From the NCBI GenBank assembly GCA_033648345.1, contig GCA_033648345.1_4121.1: a DNA stretch of 64,000 nucleotides, one strand, 5' to 3'. The stretch comes from a phage. Under the pieces are notes generated by a model. It was not told the origin of the DNA and ran no database searches. It saw nothing but the letters and a program-made list of their open reading frames with translations. Below, piece by piece: positions 39,436-49,672 of the stretch. The stretch's first letter is position 1. Every line of letters starts with the position of its first letter. Made by a program: the position numbers and the translations under genes.

Positions 39436-41634
39436 ATGGCTGTCAATACAAGTGATTACCTACTACAGCAGTTGGTTAATCAAACTAAAGATAACAATGA
39501 TAGTTTGACTGCTATCCGTGAGTTATTAGCTGAAAATATAAAGAATGATAAGAAAAAATCAGGTTCAAATAGTAAAAAGAATGGTTCCAGTTCCAGTTCT
39601 TCCAGTAATCGTGGAAATCGTGGAAGTGCACAAGCCGATGACGGGAAAGCATTTGGTAAATTGTTCAAATCACTATCTTCTGAAGTTTCTAATGTAAGCA
39701 AAACAATGATGAACTCCAGTACCAACGTAAGTACTGTAGTAAACTCATTAGGCGTTAGTGCATCATCATTTGCTGGTTCATTAGCAATGATGCCAGGTCC
39801 AATTGGTGCAGCGGCAGCAGCATTTAAACTCGTTACTGGTGCTGGTCTTGCTGTATATAACGCACTTAATGCACAATTGGAAGTATATACCAGAATTAAC
39901 AGTGCTGGTGTTGCATTGGCTGAAGGTTATGGTTCAGTACTGAAAGGTGCAGGTGCATCTATGTTGAGTATGGATGCATTCAGTGAAGCTCTACAAACAC
40001 ATAGTTCTGTAGTAGCTCAATTGGATGGGGCATATGGTGATGGTGTTGCTACCTTTGGTAAATTATTAGGAACTGTTCAACAAGCTCAAAATGAACTTGG
40101 CCTTTATGGTATTTCTCAAAAAACATTAACTGATTTAACTGCAAGAAACATTAAGTTCCAAAAACAATATGGTGGTCGTGAAGCTCTTCGTAGTATGGAC
40201 CAAGCTAAAAGTACTGAACAATTCATCATGAGCATGACTAAATTCAGTAAAAGCATGGGTGAATCCGTTGATGCATTACTAAACAAAACACAAAACCTAG
40301 ATAAATCACTCGATACGCGTTCTATGCAAATTGCATTGCAGAACTACTCTGGACTATCCAGTAAAGCTGCTGTAGCAACATCTAAGGCGTTCAACGAAGC
40401 TGCGGGTGCAATGGGTGATGCAGGTGCAGATTTCCTCCGTTTGATATCACACAGATTGTCTATTGGTGGCGTACCGGATGACCTACTCACTCCAGTACTG
40501 AACCAGTTCGCTGATTTAGGTGAAAATCTTGTGCGTAGTGGTGTAACTGATTCACAAGAAATTCGTCGCCAACAATTAGAATTCGTTAAAAAGAATAAAG
40601 AATTAATTAAGCAAGATTTGCTTAACCAGATTCAATTAGGAAACACAACTGCTGCAACCTTCTACCAACAACTATTGGATATGGAAGCAACCGTAAATGA
40701 ACCTAAAAATAATCCCGCTGATAAATTAACTCAATTTACTAACCGCTTCAATATGTGGATTAGTAAAGAATTCACTGAACCATTTAATACAATGTATGCT
40801 AATACACAAAATTCAATTGTGGATTATCTTTCAGACATTGCAGACAGAACTGATGGTGCATGGGAGTTTATTGGGGAATTGGCTCTTGATGGATTTGGGT
40901 TAGTACCTATTGCTAAAGATGCAATTGCTTACCTTGATCGTATTGGTGCTGAATTTACAGCTTGGTTGGATGGATTGGGTGCAGATATATTCGGTTCAGG
41001 TTACTCTAAAGTGTCAGAAGCATTTGATACCTTTATGAATAACTTAATGGATTTACCTGGTAACCTATGGAATTCTGTTAAAAGTTGGTTCGGTGGTGGT
41101 TCTGATAATGATATAAAACTCAATAACAGTACTGAAACCCCAGCAGAAAGCGTAAACAACATCATTGACAACGGTGTAAATAGTGTTAGTGATTATTTTG
41201 CAGGGATGTGGGATAAGTTCAACAAATGGAACACCTCACGTAACTACAAAGAACCAAAACCACTACCATCTGATTATGCTGACAGTTTATTCAACCGTCC
41301 AGGAGTAGAACGTATTCGTCCTGTTATTGAAAAAACCAATAACGTTGCTCCAGAAATAACTGTATCTCGTAAAGATTTTGATAAAACTGCATGGGCACCA
41401 GGTGAACCACCAGTTCCACCAAAACCTGACGATACAGAGGCAATTAAGAAGATGATAAATAATGGTAGTGCAGTGACATCGAGAACTGGACCACCAGCAC
41501 CGATTTCTGATGAAATGAAAGAAATACTCAAAAAGCTTGCCGATGTTAATGAACAATCACTATCTGCTGTACAACAGACAAATAATTATCTAAGAACTAT
41601 CTCTGAAAACACCCAAGGTGAGAGAAACAGTTAA
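39436..41634 (+). CDS. Hypothetical Ser/Ala/Gly-rich protein (732 aa), possible virion internal or tail-assembly protein
   Basis: Track start 39229 replaced by ATG 39436 with AAGGGA RBS; poly-Ser run, low-complexity segments; immediately upstream of the portal gene. Confidence 0.5.
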   Translation: MAVNTSDYLLQQLVNQTKDNNDSLTAIRELLAENIKNDKKKSGSNSKKNGSSSSSSSNRGNRGSAQADDGKAFGKLFKSLSSEVSNVSKTMMNSSTNVSTVVNSLGVSASSFAGSLAMMPGPIGAAAAAFKLVTGAGLAVYNALNAQLEVYTRINSAGVALAEGYGSVLKGAGASMLSMDAFSEALQTHSSVVAQLDGAYGDGVATFGKLLGTVQQAQNELGLYGISQKTLTDLTARNIKFQKQYGGREALRSMDQAKSTEQFIMSMTKFSKSMGESVDALLNKTQNLDKSLDTRSMQIALQNYSGLSSKAAVATSKAFNEAAGAMGDAGADFLRLISHRLSIGGVPDDLLTPVLNQFADLGENLVRSGVTDSQEIRRQQLEFVKKNKELIKQDLLNQIQLGNTTAATFYQQLLDMEATVNEPKNNPADKLTQFTNRFNMWISKEFTEPFNTMYANTQNSIVDYLSDIADRTDGAWEFIGELALDGFGLVPIAKDAIAYLDRIGAEFTAWLDGLGADIFGSGYSKVSEAFDTFMNNLMDLPGNLWNSVKSWFGGGSDNDIKLNNSTETPAESVNNIIDNGVNSVSDYFAGMWDKFNKWNTSRNYKEPKPLPSDYADSLFNRPGVERIRPVIEKTNNVAPEITVSRKDFDKTAWAPGEPPVPPKPDDTEAIKKMINNGSAVTSRTGPPAPISDEMKEILKKLADVNEQSLSAVQQTNNYLRTISENTQGERNS

Positions 41635-41646
41635 GGACGAACAATA

Positions 41647-43383
41647 ATGAGTTGGAAACGACATATGACAATGGGGAGATCGAAGTTATCGGTCGTCCCT
41701 AATCAGTCCAGTAATAGCAACAAATCAACAGGAACGAAAACCAATTTCGCTTCCTATCTTCCAGTAGTATACAATGGTTTAGCTAACCGTACTGAACGTT
41801 ATAGTCAGTATGAACAGATGGACCAAGATCCTGAAATTAGAACAGCACTTAATATCATTGCTGACTTCTGTACACAAAGTACTGAAGATTTTGGTCTTCC
41901 ATATAAAATCAAATATAAAGATGATATTGGTGATACAGAAGTAACTACTATTGAAGACCGTTTGGATGCATGGACTGAACAAAATGATTTTAAAACCAGA
42001 ATGTATGAAATTGTACGTGGCCTATTAAAATACGGTGACCAATTCTTCATTCGTGACCCAGAAACATTTGACTGGTACTGGGTAAGCCCAAAAAACGTTG
42101 AACAAGTATTCGTTAACGAAGCAACCGGAAAAACCCCTGTAATTTATTATATCCGTGACGTATCTTTGAATCTTAAAGATAAAGTGTTTAGTAACTTGCA
42201 AGTTGGTTTTGACAAAACTGCATATCCTGGTGCAATCCCTACCACATTAGGTGGCGGTGGTTCAGTAGCAGCAGGTGGTGCATCTGGCTTTACTAACCAA
42301 GGAAACTCTGCTGACCCATTCAGTACTAACGGTCGTCTTGATGTTATTCCAGTTGGTGCAGAACACGTAATTCATCTAACCCTAAATACAGGACAAGATG
42401 GAGTTTGGCCTTTTGGTACTAGTATACTTGAAGATGTTTTCAAAGTCTATAAACAAAAAGAATTACTTGAAGATAGTATTATTATCTATCGTGTTCAACG
42501 TGCTCCAGAGCGTCGTGTATTTAAAATCGACGTTGGTGATATGCAAACTCACCAAGCAATGGCATACGTAGAACGATTCAAAAATGAAATTCACCAAAGA
42601 CGTATCCCTTCAAATAAAGGTGGCAGTACTTCTCTAATGGATGCAGCATATAATCCATTAAGTATTCTAGAAGATTACTTCTTCCCACAAACTTCTGAAG
42701 GTCGTGGTTCAGATGTACAAACACTTCCTGGTGGTGATAACTTAGGTCAGATTGATGACTTGCGTTACTTCAACAATAAATTGATTCGTGGATTGCAAAT
42801 TCCAGCTTCATATCTACCGCAAGGTCCAGATGATGGTGGTGTATCACTATTTGGTGATGGTGCAACACAAGCAATGGCAAGTGAATTACGTTTTAATAAC
42901 CAATGTATGCGTTATCAACGTTTGGTTGCAAAACTATTTGATGCAGAATTTAAACGTTTTATGGTTAAAAATGGATATAACATTAGTACTTCATCTTTTG
43001 AAGTAATTATGAATCCACCTATTAACTTGGCTTCTTATCGTAAAGCGGAACTAGATGCTAAACTAATTAACACCTATCTCCCACTTAACGATCTGCCATA
43101 TATGGCAAAACAAACTATTCTTGAAAAAATGGGCTTCTCTAAAGCTGATATTGTTAAGAATGAGCAAATGTGGCTCCAAGAAAATCCACAAGATGGTTCT
43201 GCTCCGTCAAGTGGTGAAGAAGATGCTGCTGGGTTGCAATCTGTTGGTATAGATGCTCCTAACGATCCTGGTATGGATTTGGGTATTGATGGTGACGGTA
43301 ACTTAGAAAGTGCCGATGCTGAATACCAAGAACAACAAGGAAGTGCAGGTTTTAACCCGAATAATTTAGGCGATTCTTTTTAA
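41647..43383 (+). CDS. Portal protein (T4 gp20-like)
   Basis: 578 aa; IYRVQRAPERRVFKIDVG block resembles T4-type portals; first gene of a head module in T4 order; AAGGA RBS. Confidence 0.65.
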   Translation: MSWKRHMTMGRSKLSVVPNQSSNSNKSTGTKTNFASYLPVVYNGLANRTERYSQYEQMDQDPEIRTALNIIADFCTQSTEDFGLPYKIKYKDDIGDTEVTTIEDRLDAWTEQNDFKTRMYEIVRGLLKYGDQFFIRDPETFDWYWVSPKNVEQVFVNEATGKTPVIYYIRDVSLNLKDKVFSNLQVGFDKTAYPGAIPTTLGGGGSVAAGGASGFTNQGNSADPFSTNGRLDVIPVGAEHVIHLTLNTGQDGVWPFGTSILEDVFKVYKQKELLEDSIIIYRVQRAPERRVFKIDVGDMQTHQAMAYVERFKNEIHQRRIPSNKGGSTSLMDAAYNPLSILEDYFFPQTSEGRGSDVQTLPGGDNLGQIDDLRYFNNKLIRGLQIPASYLPQGPDDGGVSLFGDGATQAMASELRFNNQCMRYQRLVAKLFDAEFKRFMVKNGYNISTSSFEVIMNPPINLASYRKAELDAKLINTYLPLNDLPYMAKQTILEKMGFSKADIVKNEQMWLQENPQDGSAPSSGEEDAAGLQSVGIDAPNDPGMDLGIDGDGNLESADAEYQEQQGSAGFNPNNLGDSF

Positions 43384-43456
43384 TCATAAATAACAATGTA
43401 TAAGAATGAGGGTACATTAGTTGCCCTCATTATAATGCATATTCAAAGGAGATGAA

Positions 43457-43684
43457 ATGTTAAAGGACATCTTTGAATCTAGCAGTGATTCTTTATACGA
43501 CCCTGAAGATGATCAGAACGTATATAAAATTACTGATTCCAGAAAACCAAAACTAACATTACAAGTACTTAATAATTTAAGAAAGTACCGTGAATTTAAA
43601 GCTAATGAAGAACAACGACGCAAAAATGTTGTCGCTGTTGTTTATGCAGCAGCACCATCCGGTGATGGTTCAGGATTAATGTAA
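43457..43684 (+). CDS. Small prohead core protein candidate (gp67/68-like by position)
   Basis: 75-aa ORF with AAAGGAGA RBS between portal and core/protease genes. Confidence 0.4.
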   Translation: MLKDIFESSSDSLYDPEDDQNVYKITDSRKPKLTLQVLNNLRKYREFKANEEQRRKNVVAVVYAAAPSGDGSGLM

Positions 43685-43720
43685 ACAAAAATCGCACTTT
43701 TTAAAGCTTTTAAAAATGGC

Positions 43721-43751
43721 GAAATTTTTCAGTACTAAATAATATCATACT
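43721..43751 (+). promoter_or_regulatory. Late-promoter-like element (TAAATAATAT box)
   Basis: 31-nt block GAAATTTTTCAGTACTAAATAATATCATACT, nearly identical to the block upstream of the capsid gene. Confidence 0.45.
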
Positions 43752-43784
43752 TTATATGAATGTAATATATCTATGGAGGATATA

Positions 43785-44615
43785 ATGGCGAATTTAAAAC
43801 TACTACAAGAAGCAATTGAAGCGTTTGCAAACGGCGAACAGGATGTTGCTGATAAAAAAATGCGTAAGTACTTTGTTGAGCAAGCTCAAGAAATCAATAA
43901 AGAACTAGAAGAAAGCATGGACGAAGAAGAATGTGAAGTTGAAGTCAAAGACGAAGAAAAACTTGACGAAGACTTTGATGTTCAACCAGACGCTGGTCTA
44001 AATGCTGAAATCGAATACACCCTAGGTGAAGAAGATGAAAGTGCCGAAGAAGAAGTTGAATTCTCTGCTGATGCTGATGGCGAAGAAGTTGACGCTGAAG
44101 CAGAAGTTGGTGCAGAAGTTCCTTCCGAAGACCAATGGGAATCTATTCAAGATGCTTTCCGTGGCCTACAACAAATGTTTGACGAAATCGGCGGTGATGA
44201 AGTTGACCTAGGTTCTGAAGACGAAGTTGAAGTTGGTGCGGAAGAAGAATTCGGTGCTGATGGTGAAGAATCTGAAGACGAATTTGCTGATGTACAATTC
44301 GGTGATGAGAAAGTTGGTGAGTCTTTCAAACTTAAGCAAGTTGCTGCGGTTGATAAGAAAGAAAAAGCTGGCGTTAATACCAAGTCTCCAGTTGCTCCAG
44401 AAGCTAAATCTCCAGTTCAAGGTGTTGCTCCAGTGAAATTCGCTAAAGCTTCCGAAAAACAAGTAGATTATGATTTTGAAAACGAAGATGCTATGTCTCA
44501 CACTGATGAAGACCTAGGTAAAAATGCTCGTGGCGAAATGAAAGATGTTGCGAAGCCAAAAAATACCGCTTCTAAATCTCGTTCTCCACTACCAAAATCA
44601 CAACCAAAAATCTAA
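43785..44615 (+). CDS. Highly acidic prohead core / scaffold-like protein
   Basis: Asp/Glu-rich 276 aa; ATG 43785 with GGAGGA RBS preferred over track start 43773. Confidence 0.5.
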   Translation: MANLKLLQEAIEAFANGEQDVADKKMRKYFVEQAQEINKELEESMDEEECEVEVKDEEKLDEDFDVQPDAGLNAEIEYTLGEEDESAEEEVEFSADADGEEVDAEAEVGAEVPSEDQWESIQDAFRGLQQMFDEIGGDEVDLGSEDEVEVGAEEEFGADGEESEDEFADVQFGDEKVGESFKLKQVAAVDKKEKAGVNTKSPVAPEAKSPVQGVAPVKFAKASEKQVDYDFENEDAMSHTDEDLGKNARGEMKDVAKPKNTASKSRSPLPKSQPKI

Positions 44616-44646
44616 CACTAAATAAAGAAAAGGAAAGGAGATCATT

Positions 44647-45267
44647 ATGAGTATGATTCGTGAATGGTCTTCATTCAATGATTCTAAAGTTGTTTTGGAA
44701 CATCGTGATAATGGACTTGGTGGGCGTGATTGCTATCTTCGTGGTATTGCTATTCAAGCCGATCAAAGAAATTTAAATGAGAGAATTTACCCTTTAGCCG
44801 AAATTACTAAAGCTGTTAATAATATGGCTCAACGTTTGGCTAAAGGTGAAAGTATTCTAGTTGAATGTGACCACCCCGAAACACTAACAATTAACCTTGA
44901 CCGTGTAGCAGCAATGATTACTAAGGTCTGGATGGAAGGTGCTAACGGCATGGCAGAAATCAAACTACTTGATACTGCTCATGGTACTAATATTCGTAAA
45001 ATGCTAGAAGCTGGTGTGAAACTTGGTGTAAGTTCTCGTGGTTCCGGTAACGTGGATTACAATGGAATAGTTTCTGATTTTGAAATTATCACAATTGATA
45101 TTGTTGCTCAACCTAGTGCTCCAGAGGCATACCCTACTGCGGTTTTTGAATCTCTGATGAGTAAGTACGGATCACCTTGTAATAGTCCTAAAAAAATCAC
45201 AGAATCTAAAACAGTAAATAATGTAGATTCTGAAATTTACGATTTTTTCAAGAAATTAAAAGGTTAA
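44647..45267 (+). CDS. Prohead protease candidate (T4 gp21-like by position)
   Basis: 206 aa; conserved His (VECDHPE) and Ser (VSSRGSG) candidates; strong AAAGGAAAGGAG RBS. Confidence 0.5.
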   Translation: MSMIREWSSFNDSKVVLEHRDNGLGGRDCYLRGIAIQADQRNLNERIYPLAEITKAVNNMAQRLAKGESILVECDHPETLTINLDRVAAMITKVWMEGANGMAEIKLLDTAHGTNIRKMLEAGVKLGVSSRGSGNVDYNGIVSDFEIITIDIVAQPSAPEAYPTAVFESLMSKYGSPCNSPKKITESKTVNNVDSEIYDFFKKLKG

Positions 45268-45333
45268 CATTTTAAAAATATAAATATTTGTATGTTGAAG
45301 TACAGATATTTCAGTACTTAAAGGAGAGAACGA

Positions 45334-46449
45334 ATGTCTAAATTAGAAAAGCTTCTAAAAGAATCATCTCTTTCTGATGAGGCAAAACAGCTAATTCAGG
45401 AAGCATGGAATGAAGAAAAAAACACACTTGCCGCAGAAATGCGTGAAGAAATGAAAGGCCGCTACAAACAAGATTTGTCTGAGCTAACCGAAGGTCTAAA
45501 TACTATGGTTACTCAAGTTATCGCTGAAGAAATGGGTGCAGTATATGAAGAGAAAAAACGTCTTGTAGAAGATCGTGTAACTCTCCGCAAAACCCTAAGT
45601 AATTTCTCTGCGTTTTCTAACTCTGTTTTGGCTGAAGAAGTTAAACAAATGCGTAAAGAACGTAAGCATCTTCAAGAATGCATGGGTAAATTCGTTAATT
45701 TCTCTAACGGTATCCTAGCAGAAGAGCTAAAAGAATTCCACATCGAGAAACGTCAACTAGTTGAAACTCGCGTTAAACTACTAGCTGAAGGCTCCCGTCA
45801 AATTGCTGAAGCACGTAACAACTTCATCAAACGTACATCTGAAAGTGCTGCTAAATATATTGCAGAAACTACTCAGAAAAACCTATACGCTTTGAAAGAA
45901 GATCTTGTTGAAGCAAAACAAAATATGTTTGGTCGTAAAATCTTTGAAGCATTTGCTCAAGAGTTTAATGTCAAACAATTTAATGAGAATTCACTACTAC
46001 GTTCCCTAACTGAATCAATCAAGTCTAAAGAAGACGAAATTGCTCAAGTTAAGAAAGAACTAAATGAAACTGTAAGTGAAGTTAAAGCTGCTAAAACCAA
46101 ACTACGTATTATGGAAGATTCACAAGCTCGTAATGCGATTATGTCTGAACTAGTTAAGCCACTAACTACACAACAGAAACAAATTATGGAATCCCTTCTA
46201 GCTACTTCTCCTACAGAAAAGCTTAAAGACGATTTCAGCAAGTACCATAAGTCAGTACTTAACGGTACTAAAGTAAATGAATCTGCTACCACTCGTCAAG
46301 CAGTTCAGTCTTCCGCTAAGAGAACTCTTGCAGAAGGTAAAGTAATCACTGGCAACCGTCAGGCTATTGTTGAAAGCGAAGAAATGACCGCTGACGATAT
46401 GGCATTCCTAAAAGAACTCGATGTTCTTTCTGGTATCAATAAAAAATAA
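45334..46449 (+). CDS. Scaffold protein candidate (T4 gp22-like by position)
   Basis: 371 aa, charged coiled-coil-like composition; AAAGGAGAG RBS; directly upstream of the capsid gene. Confidence 0.5.
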   Translation: MSKLEKLLKESSLSDEAKQLIQEAWNEEKNTLAAEMREEMKGRYKQDLSELTEGLNTMVTQVIAEEMGAVYEEKKRLVEDRVTLRKTLSNFSAFSNSVLAEEVKQMRKERKHLQECMGKFVNFSNGILAEELKEFHIEKRQLVETRVKLLAEGSRQIAEARNNFIKRTSESAAKYIAETTQKNLYALKEDLVEAKQNMFGRKIFEAFAQEFNVKQFNENSLLRSLTESIKSKEDEIAQVKKELNETVSEVKAAKTKLRIMEDSQARNAIMSELVKPLTTQQKQIMESLLATSPTEKLKDDFSKYHKSVLNGTKVNESATTRQAVQSSAKRTLAEGKVITGNRQAIVESEEMTADDMAFLKELDVLSGINKK

Positions 46450-46472
46450 ACATTTTAAAGCATTTTAATAAT

Positions 46473-46505
46473 CAAATTTTTCAGTTCTATAAATAATATC
46501 ATACT
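46473..46505 (+). promoter_or_regulatory. Late promoter with exact T4-type TATAAATA box
   Basis: TATAAATA at 46488-46495, 45 nt upstream of the capsid ATG, inside a block shared with 43721-43751. Confidence 0.5.
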
Positions 46506-46539
46506 GAAAAACGAATATAACATCTTTAAGGAGATAATA

Positions 46540-47715
46540 ATGTCACAACTACTAAATGAATCCAAATGGGTAGCAGTTAAAGAGAAACTAGTTGAAGGTC
46601 TACAAGGTACTCGTAAGTCCGTAATGGAAACCGTACTTGATAACCATCGTAAACTAATGCTAAACGAATCTGCTACTTCTGGTGCAACCACCGCTGGTAA
46701 CATCGCTACTCTAAACAAAGTGATTCTACCAATTATGCGTCGTGTTATGCCAACCGTAATCGCTAACGAAATCATCGGTGTTCAGCCAATGACTGGCCCA
46801 GTTGGTCAGATCCACACCCTACGTGTTCAATATGCTGACAACGCTCCTGGTGTTATCGCTGGTGAAGAAATGCTTTCTCCATACAAAATCGCTAAGTCTT
46901 ATACTGGTGACCTAAACGCAGACAACAGCAACCCACAAGCTGCTCCTACTAGCCAACTAGAAGGTACTATGGGTCGTCGCGTTAACATCCGTATTCTACG
47001 TGAAACTGTTGAAGCGAAATCTCGTCGTCTATCTGCACGTTGGACTGTTGAATCTGCACAAGATGCACAATCCCAACATGGTATCGACGTTGAAGCTGAA
47101 CTAATGGCTGCAATCGCTCAAGAAGTTACCGTTGAAATCGACCAAGAGCTACTAAGCCGTCTACGTGCACTACCTGGTGCTGCTGCTGTAACTTATGACC
47201 AATCTAAAGTTACTGGTGTTGCGACCTTCGTTGGTGACGAGCACGCTGCTCTAGCTACCCTAATCAACCGTCAAGCGAACGAAGTTGCTCGTCGTACCAA
47301 ACGTGGTGCTGCGAACTGGGCTGTTGTTTCTCCAACCGCTCTAACCATTCTACAGTCTGCAACTACTTCTAGTTTTGCACGTACTACTGAAGGTACTTTC
47401 GAAGCTCCAACTAACGTTAAATTTGTTGGTACTCTAAACAGCACCATGCGTATCTTCGTTGATACCTATGCAAGTGATGTTGAAGATATCCTAATTGGTT
47501 ACAAAGGTAACGCTGAAACTGATGCTGGTGTGTTCTATTGCCCATACATCCCACTAATGGCTTCCGGTACTGTAATGGACCCTAACACTGGAGAACTCGT
47601 TACAACTTTCTTAACCAGATACGGGTATGTTCAGTTGACCGATAGCACCAGTTCACTAGGTAACGCTGCTGACTACTACAGTAAAATCGCTATCAAAAAC
47701 GTTACTTTCATGTAA
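46540..47715 (+). CDS. Major capsid protein (T4 gp23 family)
   Basis: IMRRVMPTVIANEIIGVQPMTGPVGQ, EAKSRRLSARWTVESAQD and GYKGNAETDAGVFYCPYIPL match gp23 blocks from memory; 391 aa. Confidence 0.85.
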   Translation: MSQLLNESKWVAVKEKLVEGLQGTRKSVMETVLDNHRKLMLNESATSGATTAGNIATLNKVILPIMRRVMPTVIANEIIGVQPMTGPVGQIHTLRVQYADNAPGVIAGEEMLSPYKIAKSYTGDLNADNSNPQAAPTSQLEGTMGRRVNIRILRETVEAKSRRLSARWTVESAQDAQSQHGIDVEAELMAAIAQEVTVEIDQELLSRLRALPGAAAVTYDQSKVTGVATFVGDEHAALATLINRQANEVARRTKRGAANWAVVSPTALTILQSATTSSFARTTEGTFEAPTNVKFVGTLNSTMRIFVDTYASDVEDILIGYKGNAETDAGVFYCPYIPLMASGTVMDPNTGELVTTFLTRYGYVQLTDSTSSLGNAADYYSKIAIKNVTFM

Positions 47716-47738
47716 TAATAAAGAATTTAAATATACTA

Positions 47739-47768
47739 GGGACTCTTCGGAGTCCCTTTTCTTTTTTC
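47739..47768 (+). terminator. Intrinsic terminator after the capsid gene (UUCG tetraloop)
   Basis: GGGACUC-UUCG-GAGUCCC followed by a U-rich run. Confidence 0.65.
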
Positions 47769-47779
47769 AGAAAAAAAGC

Positions 47780-47808
47780 TTGACAAGTAGATTTTAATTA
47801 TATATAAT
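47780..47808 (+). promoter_or_regulatory. Consensus sigma70 promoter
   Basis: TTGACA (47780-47785), 17-nt spacer, TATAAT (47803-47808). Confidence 0.6.
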
Positions 47809-47843
47809 TACCACATACCAAAAATCACAAAGAGACAAATAAA

Positions 47844-48950
47844 ATGCCAAAAGTAAGTATCGACAAAGAAAAATTCATTGAAGAGATGAACAACAAGTAT
47901 GGAGCATATGGTGAATTTGATTTCAGCACTTTAGTATTCAAAGCCAGTAAGACAACAGTTAAATGTAATAAATGCGGAAAAGAAAATACTAAACCTGCAC
48001 TACGTCACATTTCATGTACATGTTCTTCATGTTATTCAAACATGTCACAGCGTTCGAACAACGAAAAATTTATCAGCACGGTAGAAACTAAATTTGGAAA
48101 AGATAAATTCAAATTTGATAAACTAAATTACATTAACGCTATAACAAAAGTAACCATACTCTGCACAGACGAAGAACATAACGATTACTTTGAAATTACA
48201 CCAAACAAATTTCTTACTGGTAAGGGATGTCCTATATGTAATAAAAATGAAGCATACAGTACTGAAGAATTCGTAGAAAAAGTAAAAGAAAATTATGGTG
48301 ATTCATTAGATTTAACTAACACAGTATATGTAAATCAAAAAACTAAAGTAACTGTGTATTGTAAAGCGGGTAACCATGAATGGACAGTTGATCCGAAAAC
48401 TTTACTTGTTGGTAAGACTGGTTGTGGTACATGCTCCGGTAAAGGTGGTCGCAGTACTGAACGTTTCATTGAACTGGTATCACCTATCCATAACCATAAG
48501 TATGATTATAGTTTGGTTGAATATACTATAAGCGAGAATTATGTTGATATTGTATGTCCAACTCATGGTGTTTTCTCCCAACAACCAAAAGCACATATGG
48601 CTGGTAAAGGATGCCCATCATGTGGTGAATATGGATATCAGCCATCAAAACCTGGATATTTCTATGTTCAAAAACTAACTAATAAAGATAAGACAGTGTA
48701 CAAGTATGGAATCACTGGTGATATGAAACGCCGTGTAAATGAGCAAAGTCGTCATTCTGGTTTTGAACACACAGTACTGATAGAACGTTACTTTGAAGAT
48801 GGAAATCAACCATTACTGTTGGAAAAGTTCATAAAGAAATACATTGAAAGTGGTGTTGTAAGTACTGAAGAGTTGCCATCAGGATTTACTGAAACTTTTG
48901 ATGCTAAGTATCTTGAAAGTGTTTTAGAAATTGTAAATACTTTTAAGTAA
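47844..48950 (+). CDS. Protein with tandem zinc-ribbon repeats plus C-terminal T5orf172 (GIY-YIG superfamily) domain
   Basis: Three to four ~60-aa repeats each ending GKGCPxC / GCGTC with paired Cys; C-terminal GYFYVQK...YKYGITGDMKRRVNE block matches the T5orf172 pattern. Confidence 0.6.
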   Translation: MPKVSIDKEKFIEEMNNKYGAYGEFDFSTLVFKASKTTVKCNKCGKENTKPALRHISCTCSSCYSNMSQRSNNEKFISTVETKFGKDKFKFDKLNYINAITKVTILCTDEEHNDYFEITPNKFLTGKGCPICNKNEAYSTEEFVEKVKENYGDSLDLTNTVYVNQKTKVTVYCKAGNHEWTVDPKTLLVGKTGCGTCSGKGGRSTERFIELVSPIHNHKYDYSLVEYTISENYVDIVCPTHGVFSQQPKAHMAGKGCPSCGEYGYQPSKPGYFYVQKLTNKDKTVYKYGITGDMKRRVNEQSRHSGFEHTVLIERYFEDGNQPLLLEKFIKKYIESGVVSTEELPSGFTETFDAKYLESVLEIVNTFK

Positions 48951-48973
48951 ACAACCATAAGGAGTTGACACGG

Positions 48974-49324
48974 ATGTTAACTGTATACATTTTTAAGAAA
49001 GAAGAGTACTTAAAGAGTCAGTACTCAAAAATTGAGATTAACGTTCCATACGGGACTTTAGTTGGTTATGATGAAGCTAGTGAAACTTTGTATTATAATG
49101 ATGATAGACTGGACTATAGTATTGATTCATTTATTGAAGACATACTTAATAGTAACACTGAAGATATGTTGTATGAAGAATACTTAGATAAGTACAAAGA
49201 ACGTATGTCAAAGTTACATGCTGATGCTCCAGTACTGAACATTTCAAAAACTCCTTCTGAATTCGAGCCACAAAACCCATTCCAACGCCTAATTGATGCT
49301 GGGGTAAATTTCCGAATTACTTGA
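48974..49324 (+). CDS. Hypothetical protein
   Basis: Track start TTG 48965; ATG 48974 with AAGGAG RBS; 116 aa. Confidence 0.45.
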   Translation: MLTVYIFKKEEYLKSQYSKIEINVPYGTLVGYDEASETLYYNDDRLDYSIDSFIEDILNSNTEDMLYEEYLDKYKERMSKLHADAPVLNISKTPSEFEPQNPFQRLIDAGVNFRIT

Positions 49325-49363
49325 TTAATAAATATCTTCATATTACTGATGGAGATATTTTCT

Positions 49364-49672
49364 ATGTCACAGATATGTTATGTTATAGTAAATGATGCAT
49401 GGCCTGATTATGTTAAGATAGGATTTACCAGTAAATCTGAAATGACAGAACGTTTAAGGACATATCAAACTGCTACACCTTTTAGAGATTTTGTGGTATA
49501 CCATGAAGTACACTTTGAAGATGCACGTTTAGCAGAGAAAGAAATTCACAAAAGACTAAAACAAATGAACGCAGTAAGGCAACCTAACACCGAGTGGTTC
49601 AAGATGCCTAAGAAGATAGCAGCGAACATCGTTGATTCTGTTCTTGACGATATGGAAAACGACTTGCTATAG
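49364..49672 (+). CDS. T5orf172 (GIY-YIG superfamily) domain protein
   Basis: CYVIVNDAWPDYVKIGFTS...ERLRTYQTATPF...EWFK pattern; ATG 49364 with GGAGA RBS preferred over 49349. Confidence 0.6.
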   Translation: MSQICYVIVNDAWPDYVKIGFTSKSEMTERLRTYQTATPFRDFVVYHEVHFEDARLAEKEIHKRLKQMNAVRQPNTEWFKMPKKIAANIVDSVLDDMENDLL

